Shown: one piece after another, positions 22,030 through 33,536 of the stretch
Layout of the letters: each line of letters starts with the position of its first letter
Numbering within the stretch: the stretch's first letter is position 1
Source of the DNA: Histomonas meleagridis 2922-C6/04-290x
Taxonomy: Eukaryota > Protista > Parabasalia
DNA length: 64,000 bases
NCBI GenBank assembly: GCA_020184695.1
Contig: JAANOX010000273.1
Location: 1-64,000 of the forward strand
Reading direction: 5' to 3'
The notes under the pieces: model-generated
Told to the model about the DNA's origin: nothing
What the model saw: only the letters and a program-made list of their open reading frames with translations
Database searches by the model: none
Translations under genes and position numbers: made by a program

Positions 22030-22623
22030 ATATGTTTTATTTGTTTAATTTGATATTTCAAAATAATATTTGGAAATTATTTATATTATTTAATACATCA
22101 CTTATTTATGCATCTTATATTGGTTATACAGAAATCGTTAAATTACTTCGTGAACAAAAAGGAATTGATATAAATGCTAAAGATATCTATTTGTTTTGCC
22201 TTTATTTTTAATTAAAAATTTTATAATCCATAATAATATTTGGAAACTATTTATTTAATTTAATACAGCACTTATGTTTGCATCTTCAAATGGTCGTATA
22301 GAAATAGTTAAATTGCTTCTTGAACAAGAAGGAATTGATATTAATGCTAAAACCATTTATTTATTTTGTTTTTATTTTAATTTAATAATTTTCTATTTCA
22401 AAATAATATTTGGAATTTTTTTAAATTATTTGATACAGCACTTATTTGTGCATCTAAAAAAGGTCATATAGAAATAGTTAATTTACTTCGTGTGAAAGGT
22501 GCGGTTCAAAATTTCAATTCTGGGAATTTTAATGAACCAGCAACAAAAAGTAATACTTTATCTTTATCAGAGGTAAATAATATTTTATTTTTAGGCGAAA
22601 TGTTAAATTCTAAAAAAACTTGA
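21859..22623 (+). repeat. Ankyrin array B: 4 spacers (80,63,80,80 nt), stop-free cores, terminal TGA at 22621
   Basis: D codons at 21859, 22029, 22182 and 22352; T codons at 21942, 22095, 22265 and 22435. Confidence 0.9.
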
Positions 22624-22944
22624 ATTTTGAAGATAAAAATTCAAACAAATAATTCAAATGAAAAAAATATGTTTCAAATTTCATTACATAAGTACCCAAA
22701 CAGATAAAATAAATCACAGCCCAAGAAAAAAACATTAAAATTACCATATTCTCAAAAATACATTATGGATAAACCTTCCATAAAATTGATATTAGTAATA
22801 ATAGAAAATGATACAGCTGGTTTAAAAATGCGAACATTGAATAGAAATAAGTGTTATTAATTGCACTGATTTATAGATATTAAATAAACGTTTAAAAAAT
22901 TTTCAAAATGTTTTTCATATAACAATTCCACAAAAAGTGACTCA

Positions 22945-23523
22945 ATGCTTAAATTTGAAGAAAAATTTCTTCCTTCAGATAGAATTTTTTATCAAAGAGC
23001 GTTAGAAACATTTCCAGAAGAGAAAGGTAACTTACCAGATGTCGTTACTGAATTTATTCTTAATATATTTGAAGTTACAGAAAATAATCAAGAAAGTGTT
23101 ATTCAAACAGCAGTTAGTTTTATTCGAACATGGAATGAACTTGGTTATAAATTCCCACAACGAGTTATGGATTTATTATTTTATGTTTCGTTTAAACAAC
23201 CAATTTTTCTTTCACAACTTTCAATTCTTTCTTCTTCTTATGAACAAAATAATTGGCTTTTTCATTCAATAATCAATTTTATTCAAGAAAACGTTGAATT
23301 ATTTAACGAATCCATAGCAAAAGATTTTCCTATTTGGGAATTTATACTTAACAAGTTTGATACAGATTTCTTTAATAAGTCAGATATTCTTTCTATACCA
23401 TACAATGAACGTCCATATTCATTTCTATTCGAATCCATTCTCTTTGGGTTACCAACAAATGTTTCATATCATTTCAATGATTGCATAAATTCATTTTTCA
23501 AATTTTCTTTCAACATTAAATAG
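22945..23523 (+). CDS. Hypothetical protein (possibly truncated or decayed at the 3' end)
   Basis: 192-aa ORF; no recognisable motif. Confidence 0.45.
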   Translation: MLKFEEKFLPSDRIFYQRALETFPEEKGNLPDVVTEFILNIFEVTENNQESVIQTAVSFIRTWNELGYKFPQRVMDLLFYVSFKQPIFLSQLSILSSSYEQNNWLFHSIINFIQENVELFNESIAKDFPIWEFILNKFDTDFFNKSDILSIPYNERPYSFLFESILFGLPTNVSYHFNDCINSFFKFSFNIK

Positions 23524-23865
23524 CAAAGTATCAAATTTACTGTTAAGTACACTTGTAACAATTTTCCCTAATGAAACACTTTCGAATATTTCAATTTCAT
23601 TTTCGCGGCTTCAGTCGCAAAGTTTATGTTTTCTTTATAATTACAATAACAAAACGAATGAAAATATAAAATTTAATGACACAACTACAGCTATGAAATT
23701 AATTCCATTAAATAAAGAAATTGCAGAAAATATTATAAATAAAAATGAAACAGAAGAAACAATGATATTAAAAGAAGTGATTGAACATTATAATAATGAA
23801 ACGTCACATGTTGTTATAGATACAAATTAATAAATAAATAAATAAAAATTTATTTTTATTTTTAT

Positions 23866-25273
23866 TTATTGTTCTATAATTTGAAGTTCATTCATCATTT
23901 GTTGCCCAAGTTTCGATATTTCGTCGTTTTCTGATTTTATAAGTTTCTCTATTAAAGAAATGAATTCATCACATGTGAAAAAAATGTCGATGAAATTCCA
24001 TTTTTACTTTGATGATAATAAATTAAAAAGTTTTATAACTTTCGAAAGAAGAAATTCTTCATCAAATGAAATAATATTAATAATTTCTTCAAGAAATTCT
24101 TCATCAAAAAAATAATATCAAAAATCATTTAAAATATAAAATAATATCTGAAAGTAATGAAATATAAATTTTTTTATCTTTAAATGATGAAATTTTAATT
24201 TGTTCTTCTAAAAATAAAATAAATTCTTCAAATTCATTAAAAATTTCTGGAAAAATTTCAAATATTTCTGGCGTACAAAAAAAAAAAAAATTTACAAATA
24301 TTCGAAATAATTAAATTATTTCTCGAATAAAAATATGTTTTAATTTCATTAACATTTAATATTTCTCGTAAAATTTCTTTTTTTTTTTTTTACTTAATAA
24401 TATAATTCGTTGAAGTAATATATAATATGATTCAATAATTTCAAAATTTAATGTATTTATTCGAAATTTGTTAATTATTCGTATTAATTCATAAATTAAT
24501 TCATAAAGTTCTTCATCATTTTCAAGTAAAAAATTTATTGAATAAATAGAAAAATGTAAATTTTCTTTTATTAATGTTTCCTTTATATATTTAATAAGAA
24601 CTTTTGATATTTCATTCGGTGGTTGTGTAAATTTACTTAAAAGATAAATAATTTCTGAATTTAATATTTTCGAATTTGAACATTGATTCGATTTAGAAAA
24701 GAAAAATTCAATTTGTTCAATTGATGAAAATATATTTATATTAATGTTAATAAGTTTCGGAAGAATATTATGAAAAAGAATTAAAAGATTATCTGAATTT
24801 ATTTGATTTGATGAATTTAAAAATATAATTGGAAGATTAATGAAGAAATTACTGTTTTGAAACATCCATTCGATAAAAGTTTTATGTAATGAAGAAAGAA
24901 GACTGAAAAAAATTAGAATTATCGGATAAAGTTCATGCATTTCATCTTGAAGAATATTAAATAAATGATATGAAAAATTCGTTTTATCAAATGTACGAAT
25001 AAAAAATGTAACATCAATCATATTTTTTTGAAAAAGATCAAAATCTTCTGCAAAAAATTGAATTACTAAGTTTAATGTTGCTAAACATTTTGGAATATTT
25101 TGTTCATTATAAGAATTAATAAAAAATATACAATAATTTTGAAATGTCTGAAAATCAAAATCAAGAAAATCTTCAAGTTCTTCTGTTGAAATAACCTTTG
25201 CATTTGAGGAAATAGTGTCTTTAATCCTTATAGATGATTTTGGAATTAATTTCGATTTGAAATTACATTCCAT
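23866..25273 (-). CDS. Hypothetical helical (ARM-like) protein, broken at poly(A) runs near 24385 and 24285
   Basis: ORF 24356..25273 ends in KKKKKK. Coding-like text resumes in other frames up to …SENDEISKLGQQMMNELQIIEQ* (TAA 23866). Confidence 0.5.
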
Positions 25274-25432
25274 TTATTCTGATGAAAAAAATTGTATTGT
25301 ATCGGACGATACTTAAATGAAAACTTTACTCGTTCTGAAATTTTTTATAATGTCTTGTTTCATTTGGATAAAAGAAAACAGTAGAATCTCTAGAAACAAT
25401 ATTATTTTAAAAATATGGCTTTATTGATAAAT

Positions 25433-25953
25433 TTATTTATGAAATTCCAATTCTTGTCGTTTGTGAAGTAAGCCAACTATATTTAAGTAGCCATTTTCAA
25501 ATGCTTTCATAAGCGCTTTTTTTAATGAATAAAATAAAATCCAAATATTATTTTGAAACATCAAACTATTGAAATAAATGTAAAATAAAGTAAATAAATA
25601 TTTTTAGCATTAATATCAATTCCTTCTTGTTCAAAAAGTAATTTGAAGATTTCTGTATATCCATTTTTCGTAGCCAAAATAAGTGTTGTATTAAATAATA
25701 TAAATAATTTCCAAATATAATTTTGAATTTTCAAATTAAACAAATAAAATATATCTTTAACATTAACATCAATTCCTTTCTGAGCAAGAAGCAATTTAAC
25801 TATATCAATATTATTTTTCTTTATTGCAAATATAAGTGCTGTATCAAGTATTTTAAATAATTTCCGGATAATGTTATGACACAGAAAATAAAACAAATAA
25901 ATATTTTTAGCATTAATATCAATTCCTTTTTGTTCAAGAAGTAATTTAACCAT
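25433..25953 (-). repeat. Ankyrin array C: 5'-truncated fragment with 3 spacers (60,63,80 nt)
   Basis: ORF 25561..25953 reads through two in-frame spacers and stops in the 80-nt one; last core KALMKAFENGYLNIV... ends at TAA 25433; no DUF3447 head upstream. Confidence 0.85.
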
Positions 25954-26150
25954 TTCTATAAAATTATATCCAGATTAAATCATTTAAATAAGCACTACTA
26001 TTTGTTAAATTGATTAAGATCTTTATCACCAATTTAACAAATTCGCTCTTTCTTAAATATCATTCGTCAATGGTTCAGTTTTCATTTTCCAAGTAATTTT
26101 AAACAAGAAATTTACAATAAAAAAGTTTACTCACATTATACTATTCAAAT

Positions 26151-28634
26151 TTAAATCCATTTATCAGTTTCGTTGTTTGCAAAATTAATTAAAGTTTCTT
26201 CTAAATTTCCTTCTAGAGTATCTTCTTTTTCTGGTTTACCATGGCATTCATCAGATAAATCATTTATATTCACAATGTTTGATGAACTGTTTTCGCTTTG
26301 GGTTTTCTTTACTTTTTTGAACAGATAAAAAACTATTCCGACAATAATCAGAACGATTGCAATCGAACCACATATAACGCCGATAAGAACATTTGTTTCC
26401 ATTTTATTTGACATTTGGTTCTCTGAATACATTAATGTATAGAAATGAGAATAATATGTTATTTCATATGAATACATAATGTAATCATATTCATAGTGAA
26501 TAAACTCTGTGTAAATCGTTACTTTAGAAAATGAATTTGTTAATGAATTCGTAATCGTATACGTGCGATACATAGTTTTAATGGTCAGCGTTTCAGTGTA
26601 AGTCATCTGGCGCTGAAGTAAAAATGAATGCGAAGCAGATGCGTCGATTGGTAATGGTGAAGTAAATGTATTCGATTTAGCAAATGTATTGGATTGAGAA
26701 AATGTTTCTGTATATGTGTTTGAACTGGTAAATGTATTCGAGTTAGTATATGTATTGGATCGAGTAAAAGTATTCGATTGAGAAAATGCGTTCGATTTTG
26801 TATATGTATTGGATTGAGAAAAAGTATTCGATTTAGTAAATGAATTCGACTTTGTATATGTATTCGATTGAGAAAAAGTATTCGATTTAGTAAACGAATT
26901 TGATTTTGTAAATGAATTTGATTTTGTGTATGTATCTGATTGAGAAAAAGTATTCGACTCTGTAAATGTTGACGTTGATGGCTCCTTCGACAAAAAGAAA
27001 TGCGATGTATCACTTAATGCCTCATAATTATCAATTGATGCTACATGAATGTAAAGATCGCCATCTTTAATATTTCTTATAGTTCTATTCGTTGTTTGAA
27101 TTACTTTTATGTTGTTTTTTATGACATTTGTGTTCGTGTTTTCATTTTCATCAATAATGTAATGATATTCTTTAATATTGTCTTTCGTAATATTCGTGTT
27201 TTCATTTTCATCAATAATGTAAAAATATTCTTTGACATATGTAGTAAGATTAAATTGAACTATTTGTGAAGTATATGCTGCATTTTCACTTATTGCTTTG
27301 CCAATAACTTTATAATTAATACTTTCTGTTACATAATTGTTATCTGTATTAATTTCAACTGATCGTTCACCTTCGATTCTTGTTATATTTGGCCGATTTA
27401 GTTTCAATGGTTTAACTGAATTATCATATGAATATTGAAGTGATGTTCGTTGATATAAATAACAAATAGTATTCACAAGAAGTTGTCGCTCATACAATGT
27501 TGCACTTGCTAATGTATGTCCTGTTTGAATCATCGCAGTGTTTTTATATGTTGTCAAATAATAATGGGGATTCCCATATCTTAAATCTGAATATCAGTCA
27601 AGTTCCCATGAATATATTTCGGCTTCTGTAAAACTTCCTTCAGATCCAATAGCAAATTCACCGGGTTCAGCCCAAACATCGCCAAATGCTGCATTTGATA
27701 TTGTATGTGTTAAATTTATTGGTAAAACGCCACTTGGAATGTTGTACGGATAATCAGTAACTAAACCACGCTTCGTGACTTTGATTTCATTGGAATAATG
27801 ACTCCAACTTGAACTAAGTGTGCCTGGAGAGCAATAACCAGAAACAGAACATTGCTCTGTTCCAAGTTTAATGCCAAATTTGTCTGCAATTTGTCCATAG
27901 CCAAAAGAGTTCCCATAAAAATAACCAACAACATCATGACCATATAAAACACCATAACCAAGATCAATGTATTGTGAAACACGTTGAACTGTTTCACTCT
28001 TCGGTTGGCAATAAGGTCCGCCATTATTGTCCATAATACCAATACCAATAATATCATAATTTAACATGCTTTCTAAACTCATTGATTCAAAATCACTACT
28101 TGATATTGGTGTAACACTTATGATTTTTTCTTGTGTATCAAAATTCATTCCTAAACTTTCAAAACTATAATTTACATCATTATATATATAATAACCTCCT
28201 TCAACCCAAACTTTAAGAATAGCTGAAAGTGGAAGTGCAATATTTACTGTTGGTTGTGAATTATATTCAAAATTGACTTCAGTGCCTGTGTTTGGATATA
28301 CGTTAAGCACTTTGATACTCTTTGTTGTGTTGAAATCAAATAAACTGATTGGCTGCCAATTTGTTCCATTTCTTTGCGAAGAAACTGAATATATCAAATC
28401 TTGACTTGAATGAAATCCTGTCCAATTCAATAAAACATGATTATTTTCATAACATACTTCGAGGTTAATTTCGTTTGCTTTAATTAAAAATATAAAAACT
28501 AATAATATCGCATAAAGTTTGAGATTTTTATTATGTACTTCAAAAGGCAAGTTACTGATTAATGACTTCTTTCTTCGAGATGCTTTTTTTGTGTATATTG
28601 ATGGAAAGATAAAAGTATGGCTCAATAAAAACAT
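26151..28634 (-). CDS. Surface protein (bacterial-like ectodomain, S/T stalk, TM) split by a single in-frame TGA at 27594-27596
   Basis: ORFs 27594..28634 and 26151..27557 are in the same frame with open sequence between (ELD*YSDLRYGNPHYYLTTYKNTAMIQTGH); SNTF stalk; LIGVICGSIAIVLIIVGIVFYLF TM segment. Confidence 0.75.
26650..26970 (-). repeat. 18-bp coding tandem repeat (SN[T/S][F/Y][T/S][K/Q])
   Basis: Direct reading. Confidence 0.85.
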
Positions 28635-29901
28635 TGGCTGCTTTTCCAGCAGATTGAATAACGTATTTTAAACGTTTCCCGCATTGTCCACTTTTTTGTC
28701 AAAGAACGTTCTTTGACGTTTAAACAATTATCGGTCGGTGCCGACCAATTATCTTCATCATATCTCCTGAAATTTATATTTCACACCATGTTTAATCACA
28801 TTGAAATTTTATTTATTAGTGTCTGTAATAAAATATTGAGTAGGACCGCCTCGGATAATAAACGGTCGTTTCAAAAACGTAAAATTCATTTTTCTTATTT
28901 ATTTAAGAAAATATTTAAATTTCAGTGGATATTTTAAATTTACCTATATGATGATAGTAATATATTTTAATGGTACGGAATAATTTTCAAGAAATCATTC
29001 TGAGTATCACATATTGGAGACCCAGTTTCACATACAAAAAATTAAATTTAAAACAAATTTTTAAATTCACACTCACTTAAAATCATCAAAGAATAAAATA
29101 ATTTATGATCAAGAGGAATCTTTGAGCTGTTTTCGAAATATGGAATAATTGTGATTATTTTTGATATAAGCAAAATTTCAAAAATCTGTCTTGACAAAAT
29201 CTTTAAAATTAGAAAGATTTTGGATACAGATCTATAATTTTAAAAAATATATCATATTCATTTCATGAATTAATTTCCAAAATTTGAGAGCTGTAATTGA
29301 ATAGTATAGGTAACTTAGAAGTTAAAAAAATTGAAAAATTTTATCTCGATATTTTACCAATAAAATCGAATACAATTGAATATTTTTATTTATATTTCCA
29401 TATCTAAGACATCTTTTAAAAATATGACTGACAGAATGAAAAATGAGTTTCATCTATTATGTTATCTTCAAGAATATAACTTTTAAGATATTTTATCGAT
29501 TATAGATAGCATTTTGTCCTGTTTCTACAAAGAATGGTTTACCATTTCCTGTGCTTTATTACGATCTATCATAAATTATAATTCGGATACTTACAGAGGA
29601 TTGCAAATCGCACATCAAATTAAAATTAAGCTAAACATACTTTTATATTCGGTAAACTAATTCTAATTTCCAAGGCCCTTATGTTTAAATACTATTCCTT
29701 GAGAGAAAAACAAGAAAAAGGATTTCATATTCTTTTGTGCAGAAACGCCAAATGCCAACAGACAACTTTTTGTGAAGGAATTCTGTCAAAAATTATTTGC
29801 ATATGCAAAACTAACAAAAAATTGAATCAATAAAATCGGTTTTTCATTGTTTATTTGTTCGGATCACCTTGTGCAACAAGGTTCTCTATAACCAAGAAGT
29901 C

Positions 29902-30678
29902 TCATAACTTCTTTCTATTTCTATAACAGCCGTGAAATGATTCATCACGAGTAAGTACGTCTTTAACAGGTGCAATTCCATCATGCCAAACCATCCATAT
30001 CCGTGTACTAAAAATATGAAACAACACTTTTACAAGACCTCTGAAATCAATATATTTCTTTGCAGTAAAATAGAAAGTGAGCTTTTTCCCATCATATTGA
30101 TACTCAGCACCTGTAATTTCCATTGGAAGACCCATCTCTTCCACTTTCTTTTGACATATCTTCAGTGCGTTTCTTTCATTTTCAAGTTTAATTGGAAGAT
30201 TATTGATATCACTTGCTGATGCTTTCCTTTTAATGTTCTTAGTGTTTTTAGCGCCACTAATAGAAAATGATGTTACTAATCCGATGTCAATTCCTCTGTC
30301 AGCTTCAGTAATCACATAATCTCCAACATGTAATTCTAAGTTTTGAGGAACCGAAAATGTTAAAACTCTATTTTGATGGAACTGAACTAAGCAATAATTG
30401 GTATATGGTCTCGAATATTTTGTATAAAAATCCAAATCAGATTGTCTTCTTGGATATACATTCCCTAAATGTACTAATGGTGAAGATGGTGCTGATTCTG
30501 GTAAATAGCGGTCATTTTCATTTTGGTAATTTCTGGTGAATGTTGATATTGGTTGATCTTTTTCCAAAGAATTAGACTCTTCTCCAAATTCATCCCTCAA
30601 AGATGACGGAAGCATACTAAGATTACTCTCAAAAGCATCATCCTCGAAATCAGTAAAGTATCCCCAAGACTCCATCAC
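29902..30678 (-). CDS. PSP1 C-terminal domain protein
   Basis: VGDYVITEADRGIDIGLV...LPMEITGAEYQYDGKKLTFYFTA...DFRGLVKVLF...RIWM. Confidence 0.88.
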   Translation of the reverse strand: MMESWGYFTDFEDDAFESNLSMLPSSLRDEFGEESNSLEKDQPISTFTRNYQNENDRYLPESAPSSPLVHLGNVYPRRQSDLDFYTKYSRPYTNYCLVQFHQNRVLTFSVPQNLELHVGDYVITEADRGIDIGLVTSFSISGAKNTKNIKRKASASDINNLPIKLENERNALKICQKKVEEMGLPMEITGAEYQYDGKKLTFYFTAKKYIDFRGLVKVLFHIFSTRIWMVWHDGIAPVKDVLTRDESFHGCYRNRKKL

Positions 30679-31514
30679 GGAACAACTGTTATGCTATTTC
30701 CTCTGTGATTTGCCATTAATTCAAATTTGAATGAATAAAAATTCGTTAACCATTCAAAATATAAATCAAAAAAGACAACCCCAAAATCCACTTTTTCGAG
30801 TGAATTACCATGTGGAGAAAGGAAGTTGTCTTTTGTCCTGGCGGACTTATAGAACCAAAACCATCCAATTACATTATAACAAAGAACATTTTAATGCCTT
30901 TTTTATCTTCATTTTGAATTTTTCTTTTTATTTTTCTGAAATTTCAAAAAAATTAGATTACTAAATTCTTTAACTTTTTTTGTAAAAAATTAAATTTTAA
31001 ACTCAAAGGTTAAAAGAAAATACAATCTTATTTTGTTTACTATTTTGGAATTAGAAATTGATCATTTGCAGGATTTATTAAAAAAAAATTCTTTTTTGAG
31101 GTTTATTTCATCGTCATTATTACAATAAAAATCATGAATTTTTACCAGCACAGACTTATTTAAATGCGATAAAATTATTTTTGTCAATAAACAGCAAGCA
31201 AATTAAATTTCGAACCCAGTGGAAAAGGCAAAATGGGTTTGAAATGCATTCCAAAAATTGAGATAAAAGACCATCATACGAAAGACAAATTCCTTACAAC
31301 TGAAAACTTGAATTAATTTTGACATGTTTTCAATTAACGATACAATCCAATAAACTCAGAAATTTTGAAGATAATTTTAATTTGAAACAAAAAGTTGAAT
31401 TCAATGTTCTGTCAACTTAGTCAAAATTCTGTGATTTTAACGGTTTGTATCATTATTTGAATTATTGAAATTTTGAATAATGCATGACCGTTTAAATCAA
31501 GAAAAAAAAGCTCC

Positions 31515-32927
31515 ATGTGCAACAGGGTTATGCCTGAGATGAAATCAAAAAAAAATTCCATTAACCTAGAAGATCAATCTGTTCAGATCGGCGGATCTTT
31601 TAGTACAATCGAAAATTCTTTAAATCAGCTCAAAAAAACAGTAACAGATCTTAATCAATACAAAAATCGATGTATTATTCATTCAAAACAGTTTGAAAAA
31701 GATTTGAGTCTTCTTACAGAGATGTTTCATACCATGAAAAAAAAAATTCCAACTGAAGAAGTTATTGAGTTTACCGATGCTTATGATTCTGCTCAACAGA
31801 CAGAACTTGTAGAAGAACCTGTACAAGAACCTGTTCAAGAATTTGTACCAGAATTTGATACAAAAAATATTTATACCAAAAATATTTATACAAAAGAAAA
31901 ACTACCACAGATTAATATGAGATTTATGAATCAAATCGAAACAAAACTCATCGTCGACTCACCCACAATTGCTAAAGACAGTATCCAGCTCCGGTATGTC
32001 TATTTTGTTCCATCTCTTCTTTGTTCCATTCAATTTGATCCTTCTGGCCAAACAATTGCCTTTTCTGATGGGCGTAATCTTCATATTATCTCTTTTGACG
32101 TCGGTGATATTCTTTCATCACATGAAATTCCGCGTGCACCACACAAAAATAATCCATATACTCGTGTCATCAAATATTCCAAAGATGGCAAATACATAGC
32201 GGTGACATCCAAGGTCTATGATATATCCATTTTCTCGGTTTCCAAGCAAAAATTCATAGGCACGTTAAGTTCTGGGCATTGCAATTCTATATCTTCATTA
32301 CTTTTTCTTAACGACTCCAAAACACTTCTGAGTGGTTCCTACGATGGGAATCTTTGTATATGGGACGTTACGATCATGGGACTTATCCGGTTGATCAAAC
32401 ATGCGAGCGCGAATGAGGGGAAAATGAGTCTCGATGGAGCCATTGTCTCTCTTTCCACTGACGCTAACGAAACGTTTATAGCTGTTGGCTTCATGAACGG
32501 GTGGATTGGCCTTTATGACCCAAGTTTTTCGCAGCCGATGAATAAGTTCAAGGCTCATTCGGAATTTTTGCTGAGTCTCAAAGTCATTCCAAGGAGTGGA
32601 CAAATCATATCAGCGTCGCAGGATAAGACAGCAAAGCTATGGAGGGTTAAGGGCGTCGCGGCATGCGAAAAGATATTCGTCGGACATAACGATTCCATAG
32701 TTAGCGTAGCTTTCCCAACTTTGGGAAAAAACACTGACCTATTGCTGACGGGTTCAAAGGACGAGAAAATAATGGGATGGAGCATGAAGACGGGAGAGCG
32801 ATTGTTCACTTTGAAGGCACATAAGAATACAATATTCGATATATCTCATCACCCATCGCTAAATTTATTCGCAACTTGTTCGGGCGATGGCTTAATTTGC
32901 GTTTGGGATTATGATATGTCATTGTAA
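31515..32927 (+). CDS. WD40-repeat protein with N-terminal coiled coil (Tup1-like)
   Basis: Seven GH...WD-type repeats (LLSGSYDGNLCIWD, ISASQDKTAKLW, ATCSGDGLICVWD). Confidence 0.88.
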   Translation: MCNRVMPEMKSKKNSINLEDQSVQIGGSFSTIENSLNQLKKTVTDLNQYKNRCIIHSKQFEKDLSLLTEMFHTMKKKIPTEEVIEFTDAYDSAQQTELVEEPVQEPVQEFVPEFDTKNIYTKNIYTKEKLPQINMRFMNQIETKLIVDSPTIAKDSIQLRYVYFVPSLLCSIQFDPSGQTIAFSDGRNLHIISFDVGDILSSHEIPRAPHKNNPYTRVIKYSKDGKYIAVTSKVYDISIFSVSKQKFIGTLSSGHCNSISSLLFLNDSKTLLSGSYDGNLCIWDVTIMGLIRLIKHASANEGKMSLDGAIVSLSTDANETFIAVGFMNGWIGLYDPSFSQPMNKFKAHSEFLLSLKVIPRSGQIISASQDKTAKLWRVKGVAACEKIFVGHNDSIVSVAFPTLGKNTDLLLTGSKDEKIMGWSMKTGERLFTLKAHKNTIFDISHHPSLNLFATCSGDGLICVWDYDMSL

Positions 32928-33536
32928 GTTAATTTAATAAAAATATATTTTTCTATGTGCTATCGCATAAATGTAAAATGGAATTATAACAAATTATTGT
33001 TTCATGTTAATGTGCGCGTGAAATGGATTTTCTTTTTTAAACAAAATAATGATCTGTATTATTTAAATTGCATTTATTTGTATCTTCCTTTGACTATTGG
33101 CGGTATCGGCAATAGTGTGGGTACACTAAATCCAAGCTATATTATGTTTAAAGTATCTGTATGAAATAAATCATTCGAATCACAAATAAAAGAATCAAGA
33201 CAGAAAAACTTTTTTTATGTCTATCGTTATATGACAAATTAAAAATAACATAATATCATTCATTTTTAATGATTATTAAAAAAATTTAACAAACTTTTAG
33301 GTAAAATCATAATAAATTTCATTCTAACGATTTATTTCATTCCATTGATTATTCACCAGAAGTAGAAATTAATATTTTGACTATGTCTGTCTGGTAAAAA
33401 ATTTCATCGGTTTTGTGCGTTTTAACCATAGAAATTTTTCATACCCCGCACAATTCCATTGAAATAAATTCACACCGAACCGTTGTTAAAATACTATCAA
33501 AAAGTTAATTCATAGCCGGAGGAAAAAATTGTTTTC

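Noticed and set aside
21859-22440. CRISPR-like repeat-spacer array
   Set aside because: The conserved units are 90-nt protein-coding ankyrin cores, the spacers are related to each other, the genome is eukaryotic and there are no cas genes.
24270-24395. Programmed frameshifts at poly(A) runs
   Set aside because: Long homopolymers are the typical site of sequencing indels; nothing else supports recoding.
27560-27596. Selenocysteine TGA with SECIS
   Set aside because: Only a 5-bp stem is present, with no SECIS core, and the context is not a redox motif.
28900-29890. Possible decayed gene between the surface-protein and PSP1 genes (also 41800-42500)
   Set aside because: No frame gave a convincing motif.
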